Notes: a model not told the origin generated them from the letters alone. A DNA stretch of 64,000 bases from Octopus bimaculoides (GCF_001194135.2 NC_068984.1:127452478-127516477), one strand, 5' to 3'. Positions 49,591-62,564 are shown, counted from the first letter of the stretch. Program-made: numbers and translations.

Positions 49591-49790
49591 AATCCTTTCT
49601 ACTATAGGAAAAAAGGCCTGAAATTTTGGGGAAGAGGTGGTTAGTCTACCAAATCCAGTAGTCAACTGGTACTTAACTCTAAAAGGATGAAAGTCAACTT
49701 TGGTGGAGTTTAAACTCAGAGTGTAAAGATGGACAAAATGTTGTTATGCATTTGTCTGGCATGCAAATGATTCTGCCACCTCACCATCTT
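49591..49790 (-). mobile_element. SINE family 2 (old)
   Basis: AATCCTTTCTACTATAGG..AAGGCCTGAAATTTTGGGG...CAACTGGTACTT...AAAGGATGAAAGTCAAC...AACTCAGAG...GATTCTGCCACCTCACC. Confidence 0.8.
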
Positions 49791-50227
49791 TCTGGCAGAT
49801 TACTGTCTTGATTTCTTGAAATAAAGAAGCAAGAATTTAAGAGGAATCTTTTTCTATTGCAAAGCAATGAACTGATTAGATGTTCTGTTAAGTTGGACTG
49901 AGTGGGACTTTTCAAGAAATCATATTTGTGAATCCACTGAAGGATTTCACCAATGACATGTACTTTTCATTGCTCAGTTACTAAATGCCTCTTCAAGTCA
50001 CATTCAACTTCAATGTTATGCCAAAAGCAACTATTAGAACATTATAGTAAACACATGAGAATGACATATAATAACTAGAAAGTCAAATACAGTGGAAAAT
50101 TTTCTGTTCTGTCATTACAAAATAAGCATATACTACCCCATAGTATTAAACATTACAGAAATAATATCCCTGTCACTATGAAATAACCATATATTAAACA
50201 TTAATTGTTTCTAACATTATAATAATT

Positions 50228-50436
50228 TTCAACATAGGCACAAAGCCAAGAAGTTGCTGGGGAAAAAAACAGTCAATTAAATTGAATCCACCACTTGAGT
50301 GGTACTTTATTGCATTGACCTCAGATGGAAGAAACCCAAAGCTGACTTCAGTGGACTTCAGAACCTAAAGTGCTGGAATAAACACAGCAAAATATTTTGT
50401 TTGATATTCTAATGATTCTGCTAATAAATCATCCTT
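50228..50436 (-). mobile_element. SINE family 2 (very old)
   Basis: CATAGGCACAAAGCC...GAGTGGTACTTTATT...GATGGAAGAAACCCAAAGCTGAC...AATGATTCTGCTAA. Confidence 0.6.
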
Positions 50437-51929
50437 GTAGTGAACAATAATAATAACTAGAGTACTATGCAGTATTGGATATAGAGAGAATCACATCTGT
50501 ATGTGAAATATATTGTTGCTGTGAGAGTAAGCCTTGTGGTTAAACTATGGGGCTTTTGGCAGCTTGGAACGAGGATCAAACCAATCATTTTCATTTTCCT
50601 TAGACTCATCAAAGATTGCTCACACCTTGCAAAATGCTAACAGACAGTAAGATAGAACTACTTGTAAAGATCTAAACAAGATCATGCAGAGCATAACAAA
50701 AGTCATTTTAAAACAAGTAAATAGTAATAAGAAATGACAAAACCACAGAAATATTCTTGTTATTATGAAGCAAATATATTGTAAATTTAATCATTTAAAT
50801 TTGGAGATGTATCCCTCAACTGCTTTCTTTAAATAATAGTTAACCCTTGCAGAAATCAGATATATCCACTCAAAGTTTCATTATCCTTAACCGCAGAAAG
50901 CAGTTATATATTCCAATCTATCTTCTGTTGCAGGATATCATGTTTGAAACTACGTTTGTTAAGATATATGAAATTAATTGAGGAAATGTAACTTACAGAA
51001 AATACCAATTCCATTTTTTTGTAGTTATTTAACATCATTACTGAAATAACCATGAAATTTAATTTTACAGTTAAAAGGTTAATCATATAAAAAATTATTG
51101 TTCTCATCACTAAGGATTTAGTTTTAATTAGATAAAACTTCCTGGTTTACTTATTCAAGTATGCTAGAACCCACTTTGCTATACAGTAATAAGGAAATAG
51201 CAACAGTATAGAAATGTTCTTATCATTATGAAACACACATGTACTTGTAATAGATATCAAAACAAAATAGTGCTAACATGTCTCACTACATACTAATAAG
51301 AAATTACACAACCATAGAAAGGCTACTGTCATTATGAAATATGAATATACTTAACAGTAAACAACAATATAGACACCAGTTTTGTCAATGGGAAAGAGAC
51401 AATAAATTAGTGACAAAATAGCAGCAACATGCAGTAAAGCAAGTGCAAACATATTTAATGTAGCAAGCCAAGAAATTTTAATTAAAATTACACCTATTCT
51501 GACAAGAATCAATCATCTTAACTAAAAGTAACACTGCCTAGAGGGTGGTGGTCCTGCTAGTTAAGGATGGTGGTTTTCCTCTAAGATCATATTAATAATA
51601 TTCTTCTTTTTGGAACCTGATTGTTAATTACTTATACACAATAATTACATATAATATAATGTAATTTGTTTTGACTAGCATTTCAAGTTTTTGCCTGATG
51701 GCTTGTTCAGCTCTACTTTTAGTACTAAGTCACCCCCATCAGTGAAAGTTCTGTTGTTATTCTTAAAATTTCTTCAAAATAACCTAGAATTAACATTTAA
51801 ATACACAAAATAATCGAGGTAGTTACAGTATGTGATAGGATAATTAAGCTGAGATTAATTATCAACAACTCAATAGCAACATATATTTCTGCATATACTT
51901 CACAGTCAGGGCTGGCATATGACCAAAAG

Positions 51930-52305
51930 GACCACTTTTATGGCCCTCCTGCAAGTTGTCTCAACAATAATCAACGACAATTTCCTTATTGTGTCTGACA
52001 ATTTTAATGGTCATGTTGGTCAACATCACAAAGGCTTTTGCAGTACACATGACAGATATTGTTATGCTACAAGAAACAAAGGTTTAAGGTTTCTAAAATT
52101 CTATCATGTATTTCATCAAACAATTTGTAACATACACTTTAAGAAAATGGCCAGCCACCTGATCACCAACTAATCAAGTGAACACACAGGTCAGACAGAT
52201 TTCAGTCCCACCAGGAAATAGGATAGGTAGACCGTTGTAAATGCTAAAACTTTTCCAGATGAAACCTGCACTATCCAATATAGATTAGTGCTTAGTGACA
52301 GTCTA
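51930..52305 (+). mobile_element. Decayed RTE endonuclease fragment
   Basis: LIVSDNFNGHVGQH...RNKGLRFLKF...ICNIHFKKMASHLIT*...VNAKTFPDETCTIQYRLV; parallels 46470-46790. Confidence 0.8.
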
Positions 52306-52686
52306 GTCACAGCAGAAGGTTTTCTCACATCAGAATGTACTCAACCAGTATTAAACATGGCTTTACATGAACATATTTTTATTCAACACTGCTTCATGTC
52401 TACTTGTTTGATTCTGGCTTAATCAAGCTTTACACACATCAACAGATGTACTGTATATTGTTTTAATATAAGAATGAATTCATTCTTACTGGGCTGTGGA
52501 TGACAGATTCAGAGCTTGTAGTTGACAACACAAACAAATGCAGAAATGCATGATTCAGTAATTTCATTCACAGCCCAATATATGTTTTCACACATCATCT
52601 CAGAGGAGAAATTTCTCCTGAGACTTTTTTCACAGAAGAAAATATTCAAACATCAATATATTTTATTCAATGCTGCTTTGTGTAAC

Positions 52687-52741
<55 letters not shown>

Positions 52742-52829
52742 GTGTGTGTTGTGTGTGTATGCACACACATCACACACAAACACTATGTACACACACACAT
52801 ACTAAGTATATATTTGTAGCCTACCAAAC

Positions 52830-53160
52830 CTACATTTGCTACCATCCTTTGGATCCATGACACCCACCTCATTAACCTGTTGCAAATCTCTGTCTTTCAC
52901 TCATCTGTCTCTCACATCATTCATTTCTTTATTAATCATCTCACTCACCATTTGTTGTTATGTTGCTTGCATAACAATGAGTGTTACAAGGCCTACCTGC
53001 ATTATTCAACCTCCATACCACCTTCCTCATCATTCTACCTCTCACTCTCATCACCAGCCTATGTTTAGGAGACTGCATTGTACTATTTCTACCCAATGCA
53101 CATTAACTTCACCCTTTCTACACTGCCAGCCACCACTTCCCTGGGCCACTTCTATTGTCA
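52830..53160 (-). mobile_element. Very decayed RTE-like fragment (post-endonuclease region)
   Basis: Minus-strand KHRLVMRVRGRMMRKVVWRL resembles QHRLVV...R..WKL of RTE ORF2. Confidence 0.3.
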
Positions 53161-54733
53161 CCTAATCTTACCTTTGACCACCTCTGCTATTGCCCATCAC
53201 TGCCCCCAATCTTCACCTCAATCACTCTGTCTCTAAGATTATACTCTTGCTCCTTTCATCTACCTAATCTGACTTTTCTTTTGTTACCACATTCTCCTAT
53301 TTCCCTTCTCCATCACATTATCTTCAGCAACATACAAGTCCTAGAGTTTTAGATATCAAGTACTCTTTAGGCTTACAGTTTACAAGGCAACCCCAACTCC
53401 TGTACTGATACCACAACAAAATACTCCACCCCAGCACAGCTCTTGAGTGATTGGCAAGCAAGTAGGGGAGAAGTAAGCCTGAGCGGTCCCTTTAGTCCTG
53501 TTTCACAAAGGACTTGATGATATTTGTAATGATGCTGCTGCAAAGAAATGCATCCAGTACACACTGTAAAATGGCAAATGAGTGGAGAAAATAAAGACTG
53601 TTGAGAGGATCATCAAGTCATGTCTTGCCAAGAACATTGCTGAGGCCATGATGCTAGCAATTATAGTGCTGAGGATGATCATGATGATAATCATTACTGC
53701 AACAATGACTCCTGTCTATCCTTAAATACAGAGTAATTAATTGTAAAAAAAAAAAAAAAAAGGCAAGAACAATATAAAAGAAATATTTCGCATTTCATGA
53801 GAGACACAGAGTGGCCAACAGGGACAATATTCTTACAGTTGACTGATGCTACATGGACAGTAAATTTCCTATCAAGTGTTTCATGCACAGACCAATTGTC
53901 CTTAAAGTAATATGAAATAGTTTTTTTAAGAGGGGACCCATTAATTATTTGCTATGCACATATGATATTTTTCATAACGTCGGGAAATTTAGTTGTTCAT
54001 GCATCATTAGCTGTGGCTGCCCCCCAGTTACTATAGAACAAGTCTAAACTTGAAACATCAATTAATTTGTCATTACTATATTAACTATAAACATTCCAAT
54101 TTTTATTGGCTCCAAAGAAAAGTAGCATTCTGTGAGTTGTTTTTCTGTAGACCGATGGTATATCAGAAGCCAAAATCCATTGAAGGCTTTCAACATAGGT
54201 TTTTTTTGTCTTTTTTCTTTGCTATATAGAAGTGAAGGAAGTAGTATATATATAGCTCATCTCTTTGCTATAAACATTTTCTTCTGGGGGTATGTAAAGA
54301 AGCTTGACCAAAGTTAGTCAAAAGTATGCTGAAAAGCACACAATGAAAAATGATGTACTCATACTTTTAAGATCTCTATCATTGTTATAAACATTTTTTT
54401 GAAAATAACATGAAAAAAACCCAATGCTGCTCTTTTTTGCAATAAACACAAAGTTTGTTTAATTAACATTTCAAGTTCAAACCTGAAACTAATAACTAGA
54501 GGGAGCAACTAATTCTGCTACCAACAGGATAAAAATTATAACTGCATTGCAGAAAATTGATCATCACCCTCATACTTTGACAGATGCCAAAGTTACTAAA
54601 GGCATACACTATTGATATCAATAAGAAGTTCAAGAATAGATTGAATATTATAAAGAAATGAACCACTTTAGACATGAATTACAAATGTTATTTTTACATC
54701 CCAATAATTGTTTTAATATTTATTATTCCATGA

Positions 54734-55114
54734 AGGCAGTGAGTTAGTAGAATCGTTAGCATGCTGGACAAAATCATCATCATCATCATCATCATCGTTT
54801 AACGTCCGCTTTCCATGCTAGCATGGGTTGGACGATTTGACTGAGGACTGGTGAAACTGGATGGCAACACCAGGCTCCAGTCTAATTTGGCAGAGTTTCT
54901 ACAGCTGGATGCCCTTCCTAACGCCAACCACTCAGAAAATACTTAACAACATCTCGTTTGTCATTAAGTTCTGAGTTCAAATGCCACCGAGATCAACTTT
55001 GCCTTTCATCCTTTCAAGGTCATTGAAATAAGTACCAGTTGAACGCTGGGGATCGATGTAATTGACTTAACCCCTCCCCAGAAATTGCTGGCCTTGTGCC
55101 AATATTTGAAACCA
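54734..55114 (+). mobile_element. SINE family 2 interrupted by an RTE-tail insertion
   Basis: 5' part GGCAGTGAGTTAGTAGAATCGTTAGCATGCTGGACAAAAT; resumes AAAATACTTAAC...GTTCTGAGTTCAAATGCC..GAGATCAACTTTGCCTTTCATCC after 54935. Confidence 0.85.
54775..54935 (-). mobile_element. Young RTE-tail retroposon copy C (5'-truncated, 161 bp)
   Basis: (CAT)n tail plus the core shared with copies A, B and D; flanked by an AAAAT direct repeat (54770-54774, 54936-54940). Confidence 0.9.
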
Positions 55115-55189
55115 ATATTTATCATTCCATGCCAGGTAGTTATACCCTGGATTAACTATCATCAAACAGACTCGTGATCAAAGCCATTC

Positions 55190-55547
55190 CAGACATGACC
55201 AGGCACGAAAGTGTCGTTAAGAAGCTCACTTTGCAACCACATTGTTTCAGGTTCAGTCCTACCATAATGCACCTTGAGCAAATATCTACTATAGCCCTAG
55301 GCCAACCAATGCCTTGTGAGTGAATTTGGTAGAAGGAAACTGTGAAGAAGCTTGTCACATGCATATGAGAGTGTGTGCATGAGTTTGTCCCCCATCACTA
55401 CTTGACAACTAATATTAATTGTTTATGTCACATGTAATTTAGCAGTTTGACATAAGAGACAGATAAAGTACTGGGTCGATTTGTTCAGCTAAACCCTGCA
55501 AGAAGGTGCCCCAGCATGACCAGTCCAACGAATGAAACAAATAGAGT
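55190..55547 (+). mobile_element. SINE family 1 (old, near full length)
   Basis: GTTAAGAAGCTCACTTTGCAACCAC..GTTTCAGGTTCAGTCC...CACCTTGAGCAA...GCCTTGTGAGTGAATTTGGTAGA.GGAAACTG...GTGCCCCAGCATG. Confidence 0.75.
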
Positions 55548-57074
55548 CATAGTATACCTAGACTACATAGACTACATTATCCAATATGTTATCTTTTCTT
55601 ACGATAGTAGAATGTGGCTCGAGAAATATTTGACTGCTATTTCTTGCAAGCTGAGAAATTGCATAGAAGCTTCCTTGTTGGCTTACTGATGTCAATGATG
55701 ACAGAGGTGCTGGCAGTAAATTGTTCACTTGTAATAATCAATGAGAAGATAGGCTATCATACTGCATTAGAAATAAAATATTTTCTCACACAAATCATTT
55801 AGAATCTTAACTGTAACCTACTTCCTTTCTTTATAATATTCAATGTTTTTGTGTTACTTTATTTGTGTAGGTAGTTTGTACATTTTAAATAGAATCTGTC
55901 AAAGTCAAAGCTTTCATTTCGTTTTAAGACAACTAGTCTATGTTTGAAACACTTGATGGATTTACTGTCCTTGCAGCATCTCAAGACTAAGGCATATTCT
56001 ATTGCAGTTGGTGAATTCCGACACTAAACATGACAAGCCATTCTACTAAAGTAGATAATTACCAACTTTTCTAGCAATGATTGTATTCCAAGAGCAGATT
56101 AAAAAACTGGAATTTCTCACACTATCATCAGCTGTCAACTGGTTCGACAAAGAAAAACAAATGTACGTGCCATATGTGCTGTTAATTTTAGGATTTGTTT
56201 CACATCATTCCATCATTATATCTTTCTGAGCTAATGCTTCTAGGGGTTGCTTCCTTTTACTGCGACTATTTGTGTTTAAAACCTCATTTGCCTTTAAAAT
56301 GCAAGAAGATTTGCTTGAGATTCTCAGTTGTAACCTCTTACTTGAATAAACTTGGGAAATACCAACATCAGCTGATTAAATCAACCCCTAGTGTTTGATT
56401 GATACCTCTTTTTTTTTTTGATACCCCCCACCCCATCCTCCGGATAAAATTCAGCTCAAACAATTCTACTAACCCACTACTTGCGTTCAATGAGATAGAT
56501 ATCAAAATTTGAAGAACAAGAGGAAAATATTTGATTTCCAGATTGTTTGTCCTCAGAAATGCAGTACTCCGATATCCCCTCCCTGTTCATGTGTTTCTGA
56601 GAGACACTATTGTACAGAAGTTTCATACTGCAAAATCACTTGCACCAACTTCAGTATGGGAAGATTGGCAAATGTCATGAGCATTGTTCCTCCAATTTTT
56701 ACTATCTTATAAAAATAAAGCAGAAAACATTTAAAGGAAAACATTTCTGGACACAATTTTTTGTTTGTTTTCAAATCTATAGTAATAAGGATAATTTGGT
56801 CTTACAACAGCATCAGATTATTTAACTTAAAATATTTCTAATCATTATATTTTATGTAAACAAAAATATATTTTATGTAAACATCTCATTACTCTTCTCT
56901 TGTTTTGGATTTCTTTCACCAAATAAATCTACAAGCAGTTTAACTTCATTGGCATGCTCAAATAACAGAAAATATAAAATGATAACAAAAACCCCACAAA
57001 TTTTGTTAAATAATTGGGCTATACCATCGGTTATTGTAACCATTAGAATGCATTAAAAATATGAACTGAGAAAT

Positions 57075-57235
57075 GGCGCAGGAGTGGCTGTGTGGTAAGA
57101 AGCTTGCTTCCCAACCACATCAATCCGGGTTTGGTCCCACTGCGTGGCACCTTGGGTATGTGTCTTCTACTATAGCCTCAAGCCAACCAAAGCCTTGTAA
57201 GTGAATTTGATAGACAGAAACTGAAAGAAGCCGGT

Positions 57236-57266
<31 letters not shown>

Positions 57267-57272
57267 ATATAG

Positions 57273-57304
<32 letters not shown>

Positions 57305-57525
57305 ATATTTGTGTGTGTCTGTGTTTGTCCCCACACCATCCCTTGACAACCGACATTGGTGTGTTTACATCCCTGTAACTTAGCTGTTCCGCAAAAGCAA
57401 GCAATAGACTAAGTACTAGGCTAACAAAGAATAAGTCCTGGGGTCAATTTGTTCAACTTAAGGCAGTGCTCCAGCATGGCCACAGTCAAACGACTGAAAA
57501 AAGTAAAAGAATAAAAGAATAGAAT
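57075..57525 (+). mobile_element. Full-length SINE family 1
   Basis: GGCGCAGGAGTGGCTGTGTGGTAAGAAGCTTGCTTCCCAACCAC...GCGTGGCACCTTGGG...central (TG)n(TA)n...GCTCCAGCATGGCCACAGTCAAA.GACTGAAA plus an AAAAGAAT tail; colinear with 16707-17128. Confidence 0.92.
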
Positions 57526-57646
57526 ACAAACACACACACACAAGTGGACAACACATAAAAAAGTAACACACTAAAAGGCTGATTAAGTTCCACATTACAT
57601 AAAATATTTTTAACAAAGCTATGTGAAACTGTGTCAACCTATTACT

Positions 57647-57745
57647 AGTGTGTGTGCGTGTGTGTGTGTGTGTGCGTGTGTGTGAGTGTGTGTGCGTGTG
57701 TGTGTGTGTGCGTGTGTGTGAGTGTGTGTGCGTGTGTGTGTGTGT
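57647..57745. repeat. Imperfect (TG)n microsatellite
   Basis: Direct inspection. Confidence 0.95.
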
Positions 57746-58339
57746 TGTAACTAGCCAAGGTATATATTTGATATATGCCTATCAATGTATCAGTCAAAAC
57801 TCTCCAAATGGGCTTGTCTCCGACAATCTTCTGCTATTAATTCGTTTTGTTTGTCTTTGGGTGTGTAACAATACATGTTATGCAAATTTAACATGATTTA
57901 GAAGTTTATAGAATCAATATTCCAAAATATTTTTCCATTTAAGTATTTTGTGGTTAATGGAAAAACCATTTATTGCTCATTTAAAAGAAAATTCACAAGG
58001 AAAAAAACTTAATGTTTTTTTGGTTTTTTTTCATATACAGAGAAGTAAATAACAGTATGTATACACAAATATAATTTGGTAGAACATATTTCACGGCATA
58101 ATCTATGGCTTACATAAATTCTTATTAACAGATGATCAAAATTGCAAAGCTACATTAGATTTATTCTTCTAACTGCTCTCAGCAAAATTGTTTATTTAAG
58201 GATTGGATAAAATACTAAGAAATTTGTACTGCACTCAGGCATTAAAATATTGTGAAATGAAAAATAATAACTATTCCCTCTCTCAGTCTCTCTTTTAAAG
58301 ATTTTCTGAATTGTTCAGACATGCCGCAAACATCATATC

Positions 58340-58500
58340 TGCATATATTGAAACTGCTTCGATTTCCTACATTCTCATTTATCAAAGAGCCTAACATCAA
58401 AGATCCTAATATCAAAGATCTAAATTCCTTCAAAATCAGATTGAGTGAGTTCTTAAAATTCATCACAAACAAGCAGCATGCAAATCAAAAGGCTGCCTAA
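58340..58500 (+). mobile_element. Possible decayed CR1/L2-type LINE ORF2 C-terminus
   Basis: IKDLNSFKIRLSEFLKFITNK resembles the LINE C-terminal pattern xxxDLxxFKxxLDxFLxxIPD. Confidence 0.35.
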
Positions 58501-58811
58501 AACTGCTGCTTCAAACATGTACAGAATTATATATGGTTAGGATTCATCCAAATAGAATATTTGTCTAAAACAGATAAGACAGCTACAAGTAACATCATTG
58601 CAAACAATAATAATATACACATGTCCATGCTACCACCATAACCTTTTGTATTCAGATCAAAGGAAATCAGAGTATATCATTTTTAGAAATACTATAAAGT
58701 CCAGGGTAGCATTTTGATGAGTAAGGAACTAGCACGCAACATGGGAACAGTTGCTATATACAAAGTGTTTGAAATATGATTGTGAGATTTAAATTTCCGG
58801 GAGCTGATAAT

Positions 58812-59188
58812 ATCATCATCATCGTTTAACGTCCGCTTTCCATGCTAGCATGGGTTGGACGATTTGACTGAGGACTGGTGAAACCGGATGGCAACACCAG
58901 GCTCCAGTCTGATTTGGCAGAGTTTCTACAGCTGGATGCCCTTCCTAACGCCAACCACTCAGAGAGTGTAGTGGGTGCTTTTACGTGTCACCCGCACGAA
59001 AACGGCCACGCTCGAAATGGTGTCTTTTATGTGCCACCCGCACAAGCCAGTCCAGGGGCACTGGCAACAATCTCGCTCGAAAATCCTACAGGAGCCAGTC
59101 AGGCGGTACTGGCAACGGCCACGCTCAAAATGGTGCATCTCATGTGCCACCCACACAAGAACCAGTCCAGGGGCACTGGCAACGATCT
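58812..59188 (-). mobile_element. Young RTE-tail retroposon copy D (longest module array)
   Basis: (ATC)n tail, shared core, then three complete GCCAGT-N8-ACTGGC modules plus a partial one. Confidence 0.9.
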
Positions 59189-59391
59189 TACTTGGCTTAC
59201 ATCTAGCCATTAAAATGTGCCTTTCAGTAAGACAGTAAGCTTCACTTACTCTGGTCTGACTGACTGATAATCTTACTCCATACGCAAGATGATCATGGAA
59301 AGAATACGCTGATCTCATAAATATTACCATCATTGTATTATAAAAATTACTTAGTATATCATATCTATAGTTCTGTAGCCAGCAGCAGGAA

Positions 59392-59620
59392 TGACATCAT
59401 CATCATTTTAACATCCACTTTTGCACACTTGCATGAGCTGGACAGAATTTTATTGAGGTAGATTTTCTATGGCTGGATGCCCTTCCTGTTACCAACCCTC
59501 ATCCATTTCCATTTCTTCATGACCAGACATGTTCTCACAGAATATTGAAAATGGATGGCACTTTATGTATGACAGCCACAATCATTTTACAAGTATCATG
59601 CAATGTCAAGACAAAGGGAC
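59392..59620 (-). mobile_element. Old RTE-type 3' end
   Basis: CATCATCATCATTTTAACATCC...GCATGAGCTGGACAG...TTTCTATGGCTGGATGCCCTTCCTG. A partial SINE family 1 follows at ~59640-59750. Confidence 0.7.
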
Positions 59621-60139
59621 ACAAATATACATGCATACATCTATACATATATGATGGGCTTCTTTCAGTTTCCATCAACCAAATCCACTCACAAGGTTTT
59701 GGTTGGCCTGGGACTACAGTAGAAGACATTTGCTCAAGGCATTGAAAATCCAAATTTGTAATAGCCATTGTACCTATGCTAAAACAATAAACAAAAGTAA
59801 AATTTTATCTTTATCTAGCTTTTATGATTAAATTATATAGTTAAAGAAAAAATACAAAATGAAAGTACTCAGTTTTGAAATTATGTTTTAACTAAAATAT
59901 CTAAGATAAAACTGACTGAAAATTAGAGATGATACCTGCTATTTTCTTATGAATTACAATAACATTTTAACTGATTGATAAGTTCTTCGATATTTCATCT
60001 AGAAATCTAAATTGTGTACAAATCTAAGTTGTTGAATCTATGTCACTTTCATTTAAACTGGTTTGAATTTCTTTTGCCTCTCCTATTTCCCCACTACCTC
60101 TACCTCAGCCACCCAATACTAAATGCTGTTAATCCTCTT

Positions 60140-60220
60140 TCCTCAGAATCATTTCACTCTGGAACTCCCTTTTCTCACAAGATAGTCCTTTGATCACAAA
60201 TCTGCAAATATTTAAACCAG
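60140..60220 (+). mobile_element. Possible decayed CR1/L2 LINE 3' coding end
   Basis: RIISLWNSLFSQDSPLITNLQIFK resembles the RxxxLWNSLP...xxLxxFK motif. Confidence 0.3.
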
Positions 60221-61604
60221 GTAATCAAAGTAAAATACTAAAGTCAGTGAGTTAAAAAAAAAACTAGTGTTTGTCTGCACCAACAAAACATCAGTTCAGT
60301 AAATTTTACAAAATGGATTAACCTTTGGCAGTCAAAAGCATTTTCATAAATTTGTCCTAAACATCTATGGTTGTTTTCAGACCTTTAGTTTGCTCCTGTT
60401 TCATATGTTTTGAGTAATATAAAGCTTTCCTTACATAACCATATGTTACATTGGTTGTTAAAGAAATTAGGAATGCATATCACATATGATGCATGGACAC
60501 CAGAGAAATATGTCTTGTTTATCACATGTGACACACAGAACAGGCAAAGGGTTAAGTTTGTAAATCATGAGATGTAGTTAATAGTCTGAACATAAAGAAT
60601 TTGTCATTACTGTAAATTACTAATAGAATTATTAAAATTTGAGATATACTCTCTTCGCATGCTATTTGCTAGTAAAATAAAATTATACACATGGTGTCTG
60701 TTAATCTGTCAAAAAAATATTCTTTGTTGTAAAAAAAAAAAAAATCAATTTTTAATGAAGGGGCTGATTTATTTAAAGGAAAAACTAAAATAATTATCTT
60801 TTTACTTTCTTTACATTTAGGTATTTATAGCCTAAAAGTAGGGAAGTTGTATTAGTAGAATGATGAAGTGTTTCTCCTCGCTTTTGGAAAGTAGTTAGTT
60901 CTCATGTTATTTAAAGCTTAAAATAAAGATCCCTACTTTCTCTCTTCATCATACACACACACACACACTTCAGTTGCTAGAAATATCAATAAATTTCTTA
61001 ATACCTGAAATTAAGTTACATTTATTGACTTTTGAAATACCATATTTTGTGCTATTGGTGCTAGTGACATTTCACAGTGTCTTTATTGTATTTTATTATA
61101 AACCTTACAAACTGACATCAAACATCTAAATCACAGTGATTTAATGGTAGAATCCAGCTTTGTATGAAACATGACACCTAAATATATCCATATAATATGA
61201 TGACTATAATCCATCCTATTTAAGTTATTGTATAAATGTAATTCTATAGGAATAGTTTATAAATTGACAAGACAGTTAATATCAAGAACCTGAATAACCT
61301 AACAACGACAGGAAACTGGTTCAGCTCCTTTATTACTTTCAGTCATGTCAGTTTATTAAAATTAGAATTTTACAGACTATTAACCTCATCTTTATATACA
61401 TTCAAAATATTTATATTTACATTATGTATGTCTACTCAAGTAGATGTAAATACTGTATATAACTATACACTCTATAGAAGATGAGGTAAATGTTCTAGAA
61501 AAATTATAACATCTTAATAATAGCAACTTATCTAATTATCTAAGATATTTAAATACTTATACTATTGTGATTCTATTCATCTTTATCCATCTTTTAGCTT
61601 ATAT

Positions 61605-61782
61605 TTGTTTCAGTCGTAAACACTGCAGTTATACTTGAAGAGTTTACATGAATAAATTGCCCCCAGGGCTTATTTTTAAATCTGGTACTTATTATTTTGG
61701 TCGCTTTTGCCAAACTGCTAAGTTACAGGGACATAAACAAACAAACACAAGTTGTTATGAGGTGAAAGGGGGATAAACAGAA

Positions 61783-61822
<40 letters not shown>

Positions 61823-61975
61823 GAACTTCCATGCAGTTTCCACCAACCAAATTCACTCACAAGGAACTGGTTAACTTGGGGCTAAAATAGAAGACACTTG
61901 CCAAAGATGTTGCACAGTGGGATTGGACCTGAAATCATATGGTTTCAAAGCAAGCTTCTTAACCAAACAGTTATA
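61605..61975 (-). mobile_element. SINE family 1 (old, near full length)
   Basis: GTTTCAGTC...CCCCAGGGCTTAT...TTTTGCCAAACTGCTAAGTTACAGGGAC...(CA)n(TA)n...CAGTTTCC..CCAAATTCACTCACAAGG...GAAGACACTTGCC...GCAAGCTTCTTAACC. Confidence 0.8.
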
Positions 61976-62429
61976 TTGAAATTCTGTCCCAAATTCCTCG
62001 TCTTTCAGTCATTCTGTATTTCTTTCTTTCTATAGCAGTTGTAGTTGTATAGCCACAGGTCATCCCTGATTGGGCACATCTATGGCACACAGACAGCAAT
62101 CGATGTGTGAGGTAGTAAGATCAATACTATATGCATGCATACTCTGCCATTTCTCTTCAACTAATGCCCCCTTAGTAAACACATCAATGATACAAAAATC
62201 TCATTCACATCTGCCTGCTGTCAAGAGAAATTAATATCTATATTGAATAATTTTATTTAATATACATGTATTTGAAGGTGATATATCAGTAGATTGCAGT
62301 GAAGGATTTACATGTCTTGGAAGGTATCTTACTGAACTAATCACTGGTTAGGAAGTTTAGGCCCTGAAGACATCTTCTATAACTGACAATATTTTATTAG
62401 TAAAAATAAGCATATGTATTATGTGTATA

Positions 62430-62564
62430 TGTGTGTGTGCGTATGTCTGTATACATATATATGATCACACTGTACAGAAACTTCAACAGGTATCTTCATT
62501 TAGCAAAAGCCCTCTGAGCAAAATTTGATAAACAGAAAATGTATGAAAGCTTGTCAGATATATG

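Noticed and set aside
58960-59188. Regularly spaced ~20-bp palindromic repeats that could be mistaken for a CRISPR array
   Set aside because: The spacers are themselves repeated, the context is a eukaryotic retroposon 3' region, and there are no cas genes.
62089-62130. TGAGGTAGTA at ~62108 matches let-7 positions 1-10
   Set aside because: The rest of the 22-mer diverges (AGATCAATACTA) and no complementary star arm forms a pre-miRNA hairpin. A seed-length match is expected by chance in 64 kb.
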